64,000 nucleotides of DNA from Phoronis australis (Eukaryota; Animalia; Phoronida). Position numbers and translations under genes: made by a program. This document shows, one piece after another, positions 24,301 through 38,700 of this stretch. Every line of letters starts with the position of its first letter. Position 1 is the first letter of the stretch. The stretch lies in the NCBI GenBank assembly GCA_002633005.1, contig NMRA01000330.1:62001-126000 (forward strand), read 5' to 3'. The notes beneath the pieces are model-generated. The model was given only the letters and a program-made list of their open reading frames with translations, did no database searches and was not told the origin of the DNA.

Positions 24301-25253
24301 TGGTTTCTTTTTGTCACGTGAACACACAAAGAGCAGAAAGCTCTCTTTACCAACATGAAATGTGGGGTAAGGGCAGCTAACCTCTTACAGTACGTAAAGT
24401 ATTATTATTAAACTTTGATTGGGTATTGCCATACTGTTGATGCAGTAATAGCGCTTTCTCAGAACTCAATTATAGTTGACTTTCAAAAGATATAATGATC
24501 TCGGGCAATGAGATATAAGCTTGCGTTCCACCCGAAACGCCCCACCTACACCCCAGTATAAAGTATGAAGAAAATACACAGGTTCCTTCCTGCCAGCATT
24601 TTCCACATAAAAACCTGAATTTTATGGCTGTGATCAAGTCAAAGTCACCAAAAACACCTAGCGTCTGCCCTAACCCTATCCCTAACTCACTGAATACATT
24701 TCAGTACAAAAAGTGAAGAAAGTTCACTGGTACTTTCCAGAAATATTGTGACAACATTTTTTAAGTAAAAATTGTATTTCTCACGGTGACCTTGAAAATG
24801 ATGTCATGGTTACCACAATCGAATGGGCCCCGGAGATTCCGTCCCACCTACATCACGTTACAAAGTATGAGAAAAATCTGAGCCTCAATTCCGGTTGGAC
24901 TGCGCCAACAACATTGTGTGACGTACATATGGACGTAAATACTGTCATGAATACACTAACGTACGCCGGACAATTTAATTCACCATTTCGTACTAAACTT
25001 ACTTCACAACGATAAGCCAACTATGATGCTGGTACCCAGTTTGTTACAGTAACTAATACAGAAGTTGAAACAACCAAATACTCGAGCAAATTCCTCTCGA
25101 TGCACATCACTGCTCCAAATCAAATGGGAAACTATAATGCAAATATATTATCTGAGACTCTACGCGTACTCTCAATGTGGCCATCCCTGGTAAAAGTACC
25201 CAACTTGTGGACAAACGAGCTCAAACCCTGTGCGGAATGAAATCTATACTTAC

Positions 25254-25349
25254 AGGCTCTGTAGTTCTACAATCAGATATTAATGTCGACATTCTCTCTT
25301 TGAAACCTGGAGCAAATACGTCAGGGTTAATGGCCACAAAACACTGACC
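25254..25349 (-). CDS. Ldh_2-family copy A, exon 10
   Basis: ttcag|...|gtaagt; GQCFVAINPDVFAPGFKERMSTLISDCRTTEP. Confidence 0.92.
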
Positions 25350-25611
25350 CTGAAACGAGAAGTACATAATATTACGCAGAATGATAAAAATATGACATCC
25401 TACTTCGTAGAACAACATGTAAAACAAATCAACACGTCTACAATACTTTAGCAAGAATGAAAAGCTTTGTCCTCATGCTGCAGCACAAAGCACGCCCTCT
25501 ACCAACAAAAGCCAAATCAGAGGTTCTTATTCTTGTAAACTCTTAGAAATTCAGATAAGTAATTGAATAGCGACCAGTGTTATATGCCCGCCACCTGGTG
25601 TCTAGGCATAC

Positions 25612-25730
25612 TAAAAGTGCAATCCTCTCGGTCGTCTTCCACTGCCGTATGTGAGGACCAAAATTAGCACCAGCCAGTATTCCACAGATGATCTCCACCA
25701 TCATACCCAGTCCGTAACCTTTGTAACCAC
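25612..25730 (-). CDS. Ldh_2-family copy A, exon 9
   Basis: ctaag|...|gtatgc; GYKGYGLGMMVEIICGILAGANFGPHIRQWK (KGYGL family motif). Confidence 0.92.
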
Positions 25731-27161
25731 CTTAGGAAGACAAAACAGAAGAGAGAGAACATAAATATCAGCGATGGTGGAGGCTGCCACTGTCATAGCA
25801 GCACCGACTACAAACCTCTAACATAGTTCGAACAGAAGAACAAAAAGTATTACCAACAAGATCAGAGTTAGAAGCTACAAACATCATGTGCTCTCTCCAG
25901 GAACCTAACTATTGATTCATTTACCGCTACAAAATTGGTCTCAACTTTTTAATTTCCCTCCTCATTTGAGAAATGATGCATGTATTTGCAAAGAATTGAC
26001 TTTTTGTTATTCATAGAGACCCTACTTGATGCATAAAATGATACGCCGTGACAAGCCAACTAGTAGAACCTGGTCTCGAGCATGTAGGAAAGTGTCAGTT
26101 CTTTGAAGCCCTAAAATCCTGTTCACTTTGTTCTGTGATGGAAAATGAGAAGGGATACAAGTATAATGCTCAGCTCAGCAAATTAATTTGGAATAGGTAA
26201 ATGCTGCGGTTGATAAAAGGCTAAATTGTAAAAAAATATGGTGCATAGAAGAATCAAATCGGAAGGGAATGAAGTTATCCAATTTTTAGATGTTTAGCAA
26301 CAGTATCACTGGTGCAGTTCTAAGATTTTTCGATGCTAATTCTAAGCTTTCGAATTAGCTGCAGCATAACTTGACAGGTAGGAGAGAAGCCATACAAATG
26401 GTGAGAACAGCTGATGGGAGTCAGACTGCCTTAAATTCATGAGTAAAATTATTCAGTTACACCTCTGCACAGCTTGTACACATTTCTATATGAATTTTTA
26501 AAGGACACGAGCCACAAAAGCCTTAGGCTACAATCCCTCGTGTACGACACGGTGCTCAAAGCGGTGAAGGCTTGAATATAAGCGTGATCTTATCTCATTA
26601 ACATATTATGGTAGCTCGAACCTAAGTTACAAAAACTTTAGTGAACCTAAAAACCAGAAATTAAAAAGCACCACAATCTTTTTCAGGAAGAAAAATTAAT
26701 TGGTGATCAACTGAAATTATAACCTTAAATGGCATCTGAAAAACTTTGACTTGATGACTGCTAAATACATTCCACTTCATTAGTTTAGGGATCTCCACAT
26801 ACTAGACAGGTTTAATAGGCATTTGAAACCAGTCTGAATTTTCAAAGGATTTGGGGGTAACAGGCAGTAACTGTAGAAAATCTCGTCATGTTGATATAAA
26901 ATTCAATCACCGACGCACAATACACATGATGAGAAACATACTAATCTGTACCATTAACAAAAACGCAAAAATAAACACTGTAAAAAACACATTGAACACA
27001 TATTGATATGAGCTGTCAAATTTGGGTCAAATCATTCCCCACAATTCGTTTCCCCCAGCAACATGCAGGCAATGGGAGATTGTGTGAACAAGCTTGAAGT
27101 GACTAGAGAGGAAAAAAGAAATACATTTTGAGAATAATCCAACCTAAATGACAATACTTAC

Positions 27162-27231
27162 CACTGATCTCGGGTCCTCCAACATGTAAAAGGGCCCCAC
27201 CATTCATGATGTCTTTAGGGTTACTGGTTAC
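27162..27231 (-). CDS. Ldh_2-family copy A, exon 8
   Basis: gctag|...|gtaagt; VTSNPKDIMNGGALLHVGGPEISG. Confidence 0.9.
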
Positions 27232-27849
27232 CTAGCAAGAGCCAACAAAACAATGACCTCTTTGCCATGAAGGTACACAAATTCAATGTATGGTTGACCT
27301 AACTTTCACATTGTAAAAATCAGTTTTTGGCCACAATAAGATTAAAAACCGTCATTGTAAAAATTAATTGAGTTGGCCATGCTAAGAATGATACATTGCC
27401 TCTCAACAGATATTTGTCAAGTTTGCTAAATTTCTTGATGTCACCATGGCAACTCGAAGTACAGACTCTGAATTGAAACTTCAAATGAATTTGAACAGTT
27501 AAACATATTGACCACCAACAGCCAATGCATTCTGGATAATGCTATAATGCGATTCTTAAAAACAAAATTGCATTTTAAAGTAGCAAAATCAGGTCAGTCT
27601 CCGCAATGTGAAATATATGGCGCTGGCAACTGACTGACACTATTTGAAATGCCTATAATGTTGATTGGAGTTGTACATTACATTTTAAACCATTTATTCC
27701 TCAAAGACAACATTACAAATCACAGTATTATCACTGTAAGTACCTCAACCACATTCACATACAATAAACGGTGCAGGTTCTTCTAGACTCAAAAATAGAC
27801 TCCCATGGTCTCCAAAGTTCTTGTAGTTCTAGAATTGATGTGTTTTAGA

Positions 27850-28170
27850 ATACACTTTTCAGCAGTAAAATTTGTTTTCAAATAATTAATCAAAAAGTTT
27901 AAATTCAAATTATTCTTTCAAATTCGGTAATGTAAATGAAACATTTCATATATAATAAAAACCAGTTGAGTACATTGTTTTCTTTTTATAAAAGAAATTC
28001 CAAATGATACTACATTTTTATCTCAGTGAAGTTGGGAGTCGATCTTTGTAAACAATATGCCTGGGCTCTTAATATAACGCCATAAGAGCGCATAACACAA
28101 CCAAGCATTTACAGGAAGGATTCTATACAGCAATTTGTATTGAAAATGGCATATTTTTCTATTATTTACA
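27850..28170 (-). mobile_element. Decayed L1/Tx1-like LINE 3' fragment
   Basis: FQYKLLYRILPVN resembles the zf-RVT region (FQYKLLHRILPTN) of L1/Tx1 ORF2. Confidence 0.55.
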
Positions 28171-28880
28171 ATTAAAAGAGGGATTTTATCATAACTGACT
28201 TTCGCATTCATTGCAAATTTTAGTTGCCTATCACACTCAAGCACAATTTCTGTAGAATCACTACAGTTTGATGTTAACATAAATGTGAATGACAATTATG
28301 ACTCATGTTTCGTTTTATCTTCATGACATAGTCAAATTAATAGAAAGCCTTTACATGGCAAAAATATAAATTTAAGCTCATTTAAAGTATATATTTTCTG
28401 AATGTAGAAAGCCCGTAGAATTTCAATGACTATGCCATTAATTGGATCACTTGATCATGCCGTTTTGTAAAAAAATTAGAAGCAAAAAGAAAGATACATT
28501 CAAAGCAAAGCAAAGATACCAATTACCTGGCCAAATTTTATTAGATACAAATGTTTCAGAAGAAATTAGTTAGTTTTCTAAATTATCATTTTATACTCGT
28601 TTTATACAACTTTGAATTTTTTCATCAAAATCATTAGCACCTCCTGCAAGAGTGGAGTATTACACACAAATTATTCCTAACAGCCTTTTGGAGAACAATG
28701 AATAAAGCCTAGTATCTCAGTGAGTTTCATACGAATCGATTCAGCCACTTCTGAGATATGATGATCTGAAATTTTGACATTTTTCTATAACATGTATACA
28801 AAACCAGAATTGTTTCTTAATATGAAGCACTGCAGCTCGATCCATTCAATTAAGTACAGTAGGTGCCTTAAATTACTAAC

Positions 28881-28946
28881 CTTCCCATTAGAATCAACGC
28901 CCCAATTGGGAGGTACCTTTTCACCCTTCCTGTCTTGGTACTCAAT
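28881..28946 (-). CDS. Ldh_2-family copy A, exon 7
   Basis: cttag|...|gttagt; IEYQDRKGEKVPPNWGVDSNGK. Confidence 0.9.
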
Positions 28947-29974
28947 CTAAGCAATAAGGAAACACACTTTCTCGTTAAGTCCAGCTCGGTAATTACACAT
29001 ACAAGCGAGGTCTACTCTGGATGAATGACGGCTTTGGCCCAGCCATTATGACGGGGAATGCCAGGTAACTTTACCTGAATACTTTAGGCATGCACAGTAT
29101 TTCTTCATAGGTTGAAGTCTGTACCATATTTGAGATCTTAATGCTGACTTCAAGTTATAACAATGTTCCCATTTCAAGACCAATGTCTACTTATTGTACA
29201 CTCCCAATTCACATAGTCTAGAATTTTAATAATACAATCACGTCTTTGTGAAAATCCATCACGAAAGAATTCAGTTACACAACACACGCACCTTATCAAC
29301 AAACAGAACACCCGGCGTCTAACCTGAATCAGTCATTTGCATAAACTTTCACCGATGACTATTCACAAATTTTGTTTATAAACGTCCATGTTCAGAGTAA
29401 CACCGTCCTGATTTTCAGCTAATTAGACGCCTTATGTGACAACCCGAACAATTACAACAAAGCCATTCTATGTAGTCATCAACCACAAACCGCTCAACTT
29501 AACACGAACAAAATGAAGATTAAAACCTTCATCACTGCACAATTTTAAATAAATGTATATTAACTTAGAAAGTGACTTGGCTCTCAAAGTCATGTGCTTA
29601 TTATACGTTCGCATATAAAATATTTTACCACAATTACTGCAACTTTGATTAAATAGACGTATATCCAATTAGCTTTAAATGCAGCTTCTGCAACATTAAA
29701 GACATTTCATTTAGATTAATTATGTCCTGAATTCCAAACAATATTACTAAAAATGCAGATTTTAACATTCTGATCCTTGAAAAAATAGAAGTCTTAATTT
29801 TTAACCACTAAAAGGTCTTAAAAAGAAAATTCCAGACACGCTTTTGTAGCAAATAAAATTTTAGCGACACACACAGTTGGCCTTGTGCAAACTAGGCGAG
29901 GTTCAAAATTAAGGGAAAAGTAAATTATTTATTTAAACAAGAAGATCAAATGTCTTACTGATAAGTTCACTTAC

Positions 29975-30073
29975 TTTCCCTAACGCCACAGTTGATGTCG
30001 CCATGTCCAAAACAAAACTGTCTCCATCTTGAGCAGGGGCAGACATGGCAATAGGATTGGTGCCAAGGATTGG
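29975..30073 (-). CDS. Ldh_2-family copy A, exon 6
   Basis: accag|...|gtaagt; [33 protein letters not shown] (GTNP and LDMATS motifs). Confidence 0.93.
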
Positions 30074-31297
30074 CTGGTGAAAAAAAAAATCATGCAATCA
30101 CAGTGTCTAAACACTACAAGTATGGATACCACAGGCAACGCAAATCATAAATATGCACCTACGTACGGATGCCCATTACACTGTTACATATGATCATTGT
30201 TCCATTCTTGTTCACTGAAGAAATGCCTTCCTGGTTGCCACAGTAACTGTTACAATAAGGTAAGATGTTTCAGAGGAATGAGTAGAGCTAAAAAGATTGA
30301 GATGTTCTGCCAAAAAGCACACTTTCCTTATTACAAGACGAAAAACAGTTGTTTAAAACTGGTATATACCTGACGTAGCAGCGGTAGTGATTCATAAGTC
30401 CACGTGAATTGGTTGCCACATCCAAATGTGTACATGCATAGACCAATAAAGCCCGTTAGTAGCGCATTTTCCTATTCCAATACCGGGGATGGAGAGTCAC
30501 GCACTCCGAACATGGCAGGTACCTTATCACACAATGCACAATCTCTTATCATGCACACAGCACTTTTACCATGGAAACAAAAACTGATGACGCAGGGCAA
30601 ATTCCGGGCCATACCCTTCACCTTAAGTGAAGTACCGCTGATAACGCTACAGTATGACCCTTTCTGTTTCATGCCATCGTTTTTGGTTCTAATCGCCACC
30701 CATATTGCCAATGCCTGCAAACCTTCCCTAAGGACACTTGCACAATGCACTAGTATTTTCAAAATGAAACCCTGTCATAGATTTGTGTATTGCAATTTTG
30801 GGTCACATCACTCAGGAAAGTTGAATATGAGCAACAAACAAAATCACGCATAATTATTACTAACATACATAACAAGAGCAAAGCAGAGCCATAATGATTT
30901 TAGTAATCACGGACACTCTCGAGAGACATAATCATTTTGTGGCGCATAAACGTGATTTTCAGTTGGGATTTTTATTGAATAGGATAGATCGACTTCTATA
31001 TGAATCCATTGTTTTTTGTGATTTTATTACAAATCGCCAGTGTTCTCACCATTGTCTGCCAGACAGTGTTTATACAATATACCTTTGAAATATTTAACGC
31101 ATCACTTGGTTCAGCAACCAAACGTTTACTGCAGCTACATGTATATTGCAGAGTTGGAGTCTTTGATTCTGCGGTACTGCTTATTTCTGTGAAATCACTT
31201 TTGTCGCCGAGAATGTCCCTTAAACGAACCAATAATTACAAGAGAACATCACTGGATCCGCAATGAGTGTGATGAAAAAATACAAAAATCTACAAAC

Positions 31298-31351
31298 CTT
31301 CTTTGCTCTCGTTGGCACAACTAAAGGGGAGCCATTTGTGAAGGCCATACC
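31298..31351 (-). CDS. Ldh_2-family copy A, exon 5
   Basis: tgcag|...|gtttgt; GMAFTNGSPLVVPTRAKK. Confidence 0.9.
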
Positions 31352-31525
31352 CTGCAAGGCGAGATGAAGCCTGTCATAAATCAGAAATACACGTTTATTA
31401 TCTCATAATCAAATCGCAAAAAGTGAAAATTCTACATTGACTCAAATTCAACAGAAGCACATTAACTATAAGAACTATAAAGATGTAATCAGAGGACAAC
31501 GTATTTCAACTCCAACTCCACTCAC

Positions 31526-31587
31526 AATCAAACCTTGCTCTGTAGCTCTCATGCTATACCAGCCAGCAATTCCAAAATGATTGGAAT
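31526..31587 (-). CDS. Ldh_2-family copy A, exon 4
   Basis: ttcag|...|gtgagt; SNHFGIAGWYSMRATEQGLI (NHFG family motif). Confidence 0.9.
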
Positions 31588-32146
31588 CTGAAATTTAAAT
31601 TTTGTAAGTAGTGTAATATTCAGTTTACACTTTGACTATTAAAACCGGGGCCAAGTAGTTGCAGAATACTTTTGGCGCCAGACTTAATTGCAGTTATTTT
31701 GCATGGAAAAAAGGTGTAAATTGTATCAGTGTGTAGGCATGGCAACAGGAGCCAGCAGCACTCTTCCACTGACATTGGGACTACTGGTCAAACACAGAAA
31801 TCCTATCAGACTTAGTAGTGGGCATCCTGAGTGCAATGTGATTGTGTAAATCTTGAATCCGCGTAGAAATAGAGATCGCAATGTGATGTGGCCAACAGGT
31901 GGCAAGAGGCAGACCAGACTTTAAAATGTTTGCAATCTATATTAATCCACAAACCAGTCTCACTGTCGGAGTCAATGGCACAAGCGTGTATTCAACATTT
32001 TTCAAATCATTCAAAAACACTATAGGAAAGTATAGGGACATTTGTAGATGCCCAATATTGTTACACAGGCATTTGTATAATTATGAACCTTTGCCCAAAA
32101 TTGTATTGTTATACAGACATTTGTCAACACTTTTACTGTAACATAC

Positions 32147-32227
32147 CTTTAGCCACCACCCAACCTATTCCAACTTCTTTGGCTTTCTTGATGGCTAAGT
32201 CAATGCAAAATCTGCCAACAGTCGGAC
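32147..32227 (-). CDS. Ldh_2-family copy A, exon 3
   Basis: tttag|...|gtatgt; PTVGRFCIDLAIKKAKEVGIGWVVAK. Confidence 0.9.
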
Positions 32228-33084
32228 CTAAAGTACAAACATTCATTTATATTACGTGCACAATACGCTTGACACCGTGAGTATATTTAGATGACCATCA
32301 AGAACTTTTACTTAAATAACCAGTATTGTATGCAGATGCCAAACTTCAAACAGTCAGCTTTCAAACTGTGTTTTATATGTACTACTCCCAACAATTATGA
32401 GTCATTCAGCATTACTGTCCGGAAATAAATCTGTATCAAACCAAGCTAGCTAGCACAGATGATAAAAAGAGGACCATTTCTTCATCAGCGCAACCCACTT
32501 GAAAAACCCAATATCACTTGAAACCATTGCCGCAAATAAAGCCTTCACAAAATAGCTCATTAAAAACTGAGCTGAATGCGAAGTGCGATGATATCAAACC
32601 ATATACATGTAACTTTTGTTTTAGCAAAATGATGAAAGTTAACCAGAAGAAACAATAACATTCAGAATAGCACGTGCCTAGCTAGTAAGCATTTGTTTTA
32701 GACGTCCCTTTCCTATAACAAAATTATATTTGGCGAGATAGCAGTCACTTAATGGCACGTAGGTATCGCAAGAAGTCTTCTTGCCCGGACTTGAGATTCT
32801 AACTGCTCGGCCTCAGTTACAGAGAACAAATTGCTTCAGAGCAGTAGAGAGAAACTTTTATTTTCTAAATCATATAAAAACGTACATTGTTATATGACTT
32901 GGTGGCCAGCAAAGGCACGGGCCGCTACTAGCTGACCACCGAGTAACAACAAATTAAATGGATATTAAAATATAAATAACAACGGAAAAAGTACATCTAC
33001 AATGAAATAAGATAAATGCAAGTTTATTAAAAAACATAAATTTAATGTACTTTACAAAGAATTAAACATGGAGACTATTGATAT

Positions 33085-33490
33085 ATGGGAAACCGCAGTT
33101 AGAAAAGCATATGAAAACCAGGACCAAGGAACATCTAAATTCTGACAGTAATTCACATGTAAATATTCACCTGCAGAGCTCCAATCACTGTTATCAGCAG
33201 TGCTCTTTCAATGACTTTGCAATAATAGACCAGGCAGTAACAACAAAGGAGCTTAAAATTCGTGAGGCTTTACATATCAGTTGGTGCAAGCCCAATCTCA
33301 ATAGGCAACTGACACACCACAGGTTGTCATTGTTGGTGTAGTTCATTGTCACTCCCTGTAACTGACTCTATCTGTGCTTCATTACTTGTTGCTGGGCCTA
33401 GCTAGGTGGCCACTGTATTATGACTTCTGAGGATGGTGTTTAATAAATGACACCGAAACATGTCAAGTTTTAAAACCGTTGTTGTTTTCG
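33085..33490 (+). mobile_element. Penelope-like element 3' fragment (GIY-YIG C-terminus plus pLTR)
   Basis: R.KEHL....SHV..HL...FAIIDQA....ELKIREALHISWCKPNLNRQ is the typical PLE endonuclease tail; a hammerhead-like motif follows. Confidence 0.8.
33422..33469 (+). ncRNA. Minimal type I hammerhead ribozyme-like motif in the PLE pLTR
   Basis: GACUU-CUGAGGA-U-GGUGU(loop)ACACC-GAAA-CAUGUC-AAGUU: core boxes, stem II, palindromic stem III (ACAUGU), stem I. Confidence 0.6.
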
Positions 33491-33649
33491 TGAACATATG
33501 ATTAAGACTAAGACAGGTGACCACGGTTACTTCACTTAGAACATGAATAACGTTACACTGAGAGCTGTAAGTGCTTAATATGTAAATTTTTAAATACAAG
33601 GAGAACCCATGTAAACTGTGCCTGTCGATTTTGTCTGTTACATATCTCG

Positions 33650-34530
33650 GAAGGATACAGGTTGTTTATTAGACTCGGTATTTTGAACATTAATGAATGT
33701 TCACAACTTTTTCTGTTGCAAGTGGGCAGTTTTAGGATGGGTTGTTGACTGGATATTCTAGGAAGCTCTCTTGATGACTGATGGAATTGGAAAAAATGTT
33801 ATCATAAAAATAAATGGGCAATTGATAATGTATGAATTTGTAAAAGACTTTTAGGCAAGCTTACGGTTAAATATGTCGTCAGGAAGAAGTGTTTTGATTT
33901 CCCTGTAAATTGGTTCTGTGTGTGAAAAAATGAAGAATTTGTATCATTTCCCGAAGCTTTTTTCTGCAGAAGTTTTAATTTCGTACAATTATTGAACCCC
34001 CATTGTGTTATACCAAAATATAGAGCATTGTATATCATCAGGAGTGTGTGTTTCAGTATGGAGAGGACGCCCACAATTTTGGCAATTTTGTTAGAAATTT
34101 TGTGAGCATGTTTGTTCCAGGAAAGACGACTGTCTACAAAAACACCTAAAAATTTGAAATTTTCAACTCTATTAATAATCTCATTGTTGATTTTGATTAG
34201 AGGGATGTCAGCTTCGCTGATTTTTTGTGGAAATCTAAATAGCATAAACTTAGTTTTACTTGTGTAGATCCATAATTTATTGGTATTAAGCCAATCAAAG
34301 CTTTCTTGTAGACAATTATTTATTCTGATGGTTTGATCGTTGAGGCTATGATTTTTGTTAACATGGAGAGGAATTAACAGGCATGTGTCGTCTGCGTATA
34401 TAATGAACTGTGCCTTGCTGGAGAAGGTGATGTCGATACATATTAAAAATAGGAGAGGTTCCAGAATAGATCCCTGTGGTACACCTGTAGAAATGTCAGT
34501 TGTTACATATGGTAAGATGTTTACCACTGC
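33650..34530 (-). mobile_element. 5'-truncated, decayed CR1/L2-group LINE (reverse transcriptase C-terminal part)
   Basis: GVPQGSILEPLLFL, YADDT, KTKFMLF, FKFLGVFVDSRLSW; deletions relative to the consensus. Confidence 0.9.
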
Positions 34531-34910
34531 TCAATTTCACTTTGATTACTAAACCTTCATATCTCTTATTATTATTAATTATTTCAAAAAATTGGTTATA
34601 TTAATCGTATCTGACGTAAATGACCAAGCCCCATGTTTGGAAGTCAGTTTCTAGGTAAAGTCTTTATGCCAACTGACCCCATCAATAGTTCCTCAATCGC
34701 ATGAAGCATTATGGAATCATAAGAGGCCAGCCTCCCGTTCAGTAACGCTAGGACCTTGCTAAAAAGCAAGACTTCACGAGATTACGCGAGATATTGCCGT
34801 GTATTTTAAATAAGAACACGTGACTTTGACTAGGTTTTAGCTAGGTCCTAGCGTCTACTGAACGCACGCCAGTCCTACAGGTTCAAAGGTCATCAACAAG
34901 GCACACTTAC

Positions 34911-35015
34911 CTATGCCATTTCTGCCATCCACGTAGGCTGTGGCTGGGGTCTCGTTTAGTATAACTGGATCAGTGGAGACTGTAGTTTGGCTTTGTACAT
35001 CTTTAACATATATGT
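34911..35015 (-). CDS. Ldh_2-family copy A, exon 2
   Basis: tgtag|...|gtaagt; DIYVKDVQSQTTVSTDPVILNETPATAYVDGRNGIG. Confidence 0.88.
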
Positions 35016-35736
35016 CTACAAAATTTTAGTGCATGACTTCGAGCAATAAGGAACTGTCAACTTTCCTTCCAAGGCCAAAAAAACAAAGAACATTTAACGT
35101 AGGACCACATCGACAATCCTCCGTATGGCCAAACATAATCACAATACTATTAACGATTTTAATCCAATAAACGTATGTAATTTCTGAGAGTAGAAAGATT
35201 GTTGAATGTGATTTTTGACTTTTTACTAGACCAGCATTAAATGGGTCACATTTCCTTTCAGTAAAATTTAAGTGAAAGGTAAAGTACATTGCATAATACA
35301 TTCATGGCAGAACAACAGTATAAATTACATGAAAAACGTTGTTCGTGCTTTGTAAATTATCATTTCGTTCCAAGCAACTTTTTGATTTTTTCATCAAAAT
35401 CAAAAAAGTCCAAATTTATGACCATCCCTCATACAAAATTGTAACCTTTTTAAAAAACAGTACATAAAGTATATAGGTCTACCTAAACGTTTCTTATGTA
35501 TCCGAACACCCATTTCTGAGATACGGTGTCCCGGAGTTCTGCAAATTTGGACAAAGTTTCTAAGGTCCTACATCATGGCTGAATAAGGTATCAGTTGAGG
35601 TAAGTCACCTAAATCAAACGTTTGGTTCATAACAGTTTCTAGCTTTCCTTGGCAACAAAAAGGTTTGAAAGATCAGGTGAATCTGAGTAAGCAACTGTTA
35701 CATTTCATATGATAGATAAACCAAGTAATGTCAACG

Positions 35737-38700
35737 GTGCATTGCCTGTGATTGTATAATAGTATGTCTACTGGTACATAAAATAGTGCATTGCCTGTGA
35801 TTGTATAATAGTATATACCTACTAGTACATAAAATAGTGCATTGCCTATTATTGTATAACAGTATATACCTACCAGTGCATAATATAGAGCATTGCCTGT
35901 GATTGTACAATAGTATATACCTACTGATACATAAAATAGTGCATCACCGGTGATTGTATCATAGTATATACCTACCAGTACATAAAATAGTGTATCCTGA
36001 GATTGTTTAATAGTATATACCTAATAGTACATAAAATAGTGCATTGCCTGTGATTGTATAATAGTATATACCTACCAGTCCATAAAATAGTGCATTGCCT
36101 GTGATTGTATAATAGTATATACCTACTAGTACATAATATAGTGCATTGTCTATTATTGTATAACAGTATATACCCACTATTATATAAAATAATGCATTGC
36201 CTGTGATTGTATGATAGTATATACCTACTGTTACATAAAATAGTGCATCACCGGTGATTGTATCATAGTATATACCTACCAGTACATAAAATAGTGTATC
36301 CTGAGATTGTTTAATAGTATATACCTAATAGTACATAAAATAGTGCATTGCCTGTGATTGTATAATAGTATATACCTACCAGTCCATAAAATAGTGCATT
36401 GCCTGTGATTGTATAATAGTATATACCTACTAGTACATAATATAGTGCATTGTCTATTATTGTATAATATTATATACCTACCAGTACATAATATAGTGCA
36501 TTGTCTATTATTGCATAATAGTATATACCTACCAGTACATAATATAGTGCACTGTCTATTATTGTATAATAGTATATACCTACCAGTACATAATATAGTG
36601 CATTGTCTATTATTGTACAATAGTATATACCTACCATTACATAGCATAGTGCATTGGCTGTGATTGTATTATAATATATACCTACTGTTACATAAAATAG
36701 TGCATCACCTGTGATTGTATAATAGTATATACCAACCAGTACATAAAATAGTATATCCTGAGATTGTTTAATAGTATATACCTAATAGTACATAAAATTG
36801 TGCATTGCCTGTGATTGTATAATAGTATATACCTACCAGTCCATAAAATAGTGCATTGCCTGTGATTGTACAATAGTATATACCTACCAGTACATAAAAT
36901 AGTGGATTGCCTGAGATTGCATGATAGTATATACCTAAAGGTACATAACATAGTGCATTGCCTCGGATTGTATAATAGTATATGCCTAGTAGTACATAAA
37001 ATAGTCAATTGCCTGTGATTGTACAATAGTATACACCTGCTGTTATACAAAATAGCGCATTGTCTGAGATAGTACAATAGTATATACATACTAGTACACA
37101 AAATAGTGCATTGCCTGAGATTGTATAATAGCGTACACCTAATAGTACATAAAATAGTGCATTGCCTGTGATTGTATAATAGCATATACCTATTAGTATA
37201 TAAATAGTGCATTTTCTGTTATTGCATCATAGTATATACCTACCAGTACATAGCATAGTGCATTGCCTGTGATTGTATAATAGTATATACCTACTAGTAC
37301 ATAATATAGTGCATTGTCTATTATTGTATAATAGTATATACCTACCAGTACATAATATAGTGCATTGTCTATTATTGTATAATAGTATATACCTACCAGT
37401 ACATAATATAGTGCATTGTCTATTATTGTATAATATTATATATATAGTCCGGATACCTATCGTCGTCAGGCTCCAAAGGTCGTCCGCCATCTTCTTTCGC
37501 GTGCAGCGCAGCCACGCGGGACTTAGCGTTCCAATTTGGAGTGCTCGTCTGCACATTAGGTACTAACCTCTCGGGAGAAACACGCATGGAAGAAGTGAGA
37601 CTAAAATTAATGCATTTACCGACTGGTGTTTTGAGACCACTTAAAAAATTGTAGATTTTACTAATGCACTTTTTTGTTCATTTTCAGAAGATATTTTCGA
37701 AATTAAATTTTCTTCAGACGGAACAAAAAGCAACTCAGGGATTGTCTATGCAATGTATCTATTTGTCCCAGGCACTAACCGACACCTGTTAGGCCAAAGG
37801 AAAAACGCAGCAGACAAATGGAACACGCTGGGTGCTTAACAGTTTCGACCCACGCCTTGGTCATCAAAACATTGTCTACTTGTTTTTTTTATTGCAAAAC
37901 ACAGTACTGAGCTCAACATTTATGTTGAAATTTTTGATTAAAGCATTTTGAATTTATTTGAAGAAAATTAAAATACTTGAATTGATAGAGAATGGCCACC
38001 AATAAAGTAAAACATTGACTTTATTTCACTATATTGCATTGTTACATACAACACAGCATGACATAATCAAAAATAAAAGAAGAGATTGAGCAATAAAATT
38101 CAAATGCGACTTGGGTATTTATTTATTTATTTATGATTGCATAAGCCTGTTAAAGATGAGAAAAAATCAAACAATACGATTATGGGTAATTTATTAGAAC
38201 AATTGTATTGAGGTTCAATGATCAACTTGCGCCGACAAAGTCTCAAAGGGTTATAGTTCTGTTCTGGCTGACAAGGTGTTAACAGAGAATGAAGAGAAAC
38301 TGAAAAGAAAAAGTAAGACAGCAAAGATAAGTGGTGTTAAGTACAACAAGAGCAAAAAGTCAAATAAAGAGGTCACAAACAGAAATAAGTAAGGTATATC
38401 TGGAATAAAACAATCCAGGGCTCAGTCGTGATTTATTTTCCAGAACTGAAATTCTAAATCAATTTTAATCGATTTAAAAATCGATATCATACTAGTAAAG
38501 CAGTTTGTGGTTGAAGTAGAATTGCTGTATACCACTTTCCACTATTTTCTTGGCCTTTTTCTGTGTGGTTTGCTGTTCTTTCAAAAGGCGGCAGCATATG
38601 ACGACCATAGGTGTCATTATAAAATGGCTGCCGAAAAGCAATGCACAGTTGAACAACTCGGCATAAGTAAAAGAAAACGTTTGAATCAACGAATACTATA

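Noticed and set aside
24668-24686. Telomerase template or interstitial telomere (CCTAACCCTATCCCTAAC)
   Set aside because: Only ~3 degenerate units, with no supporting RNA structure.
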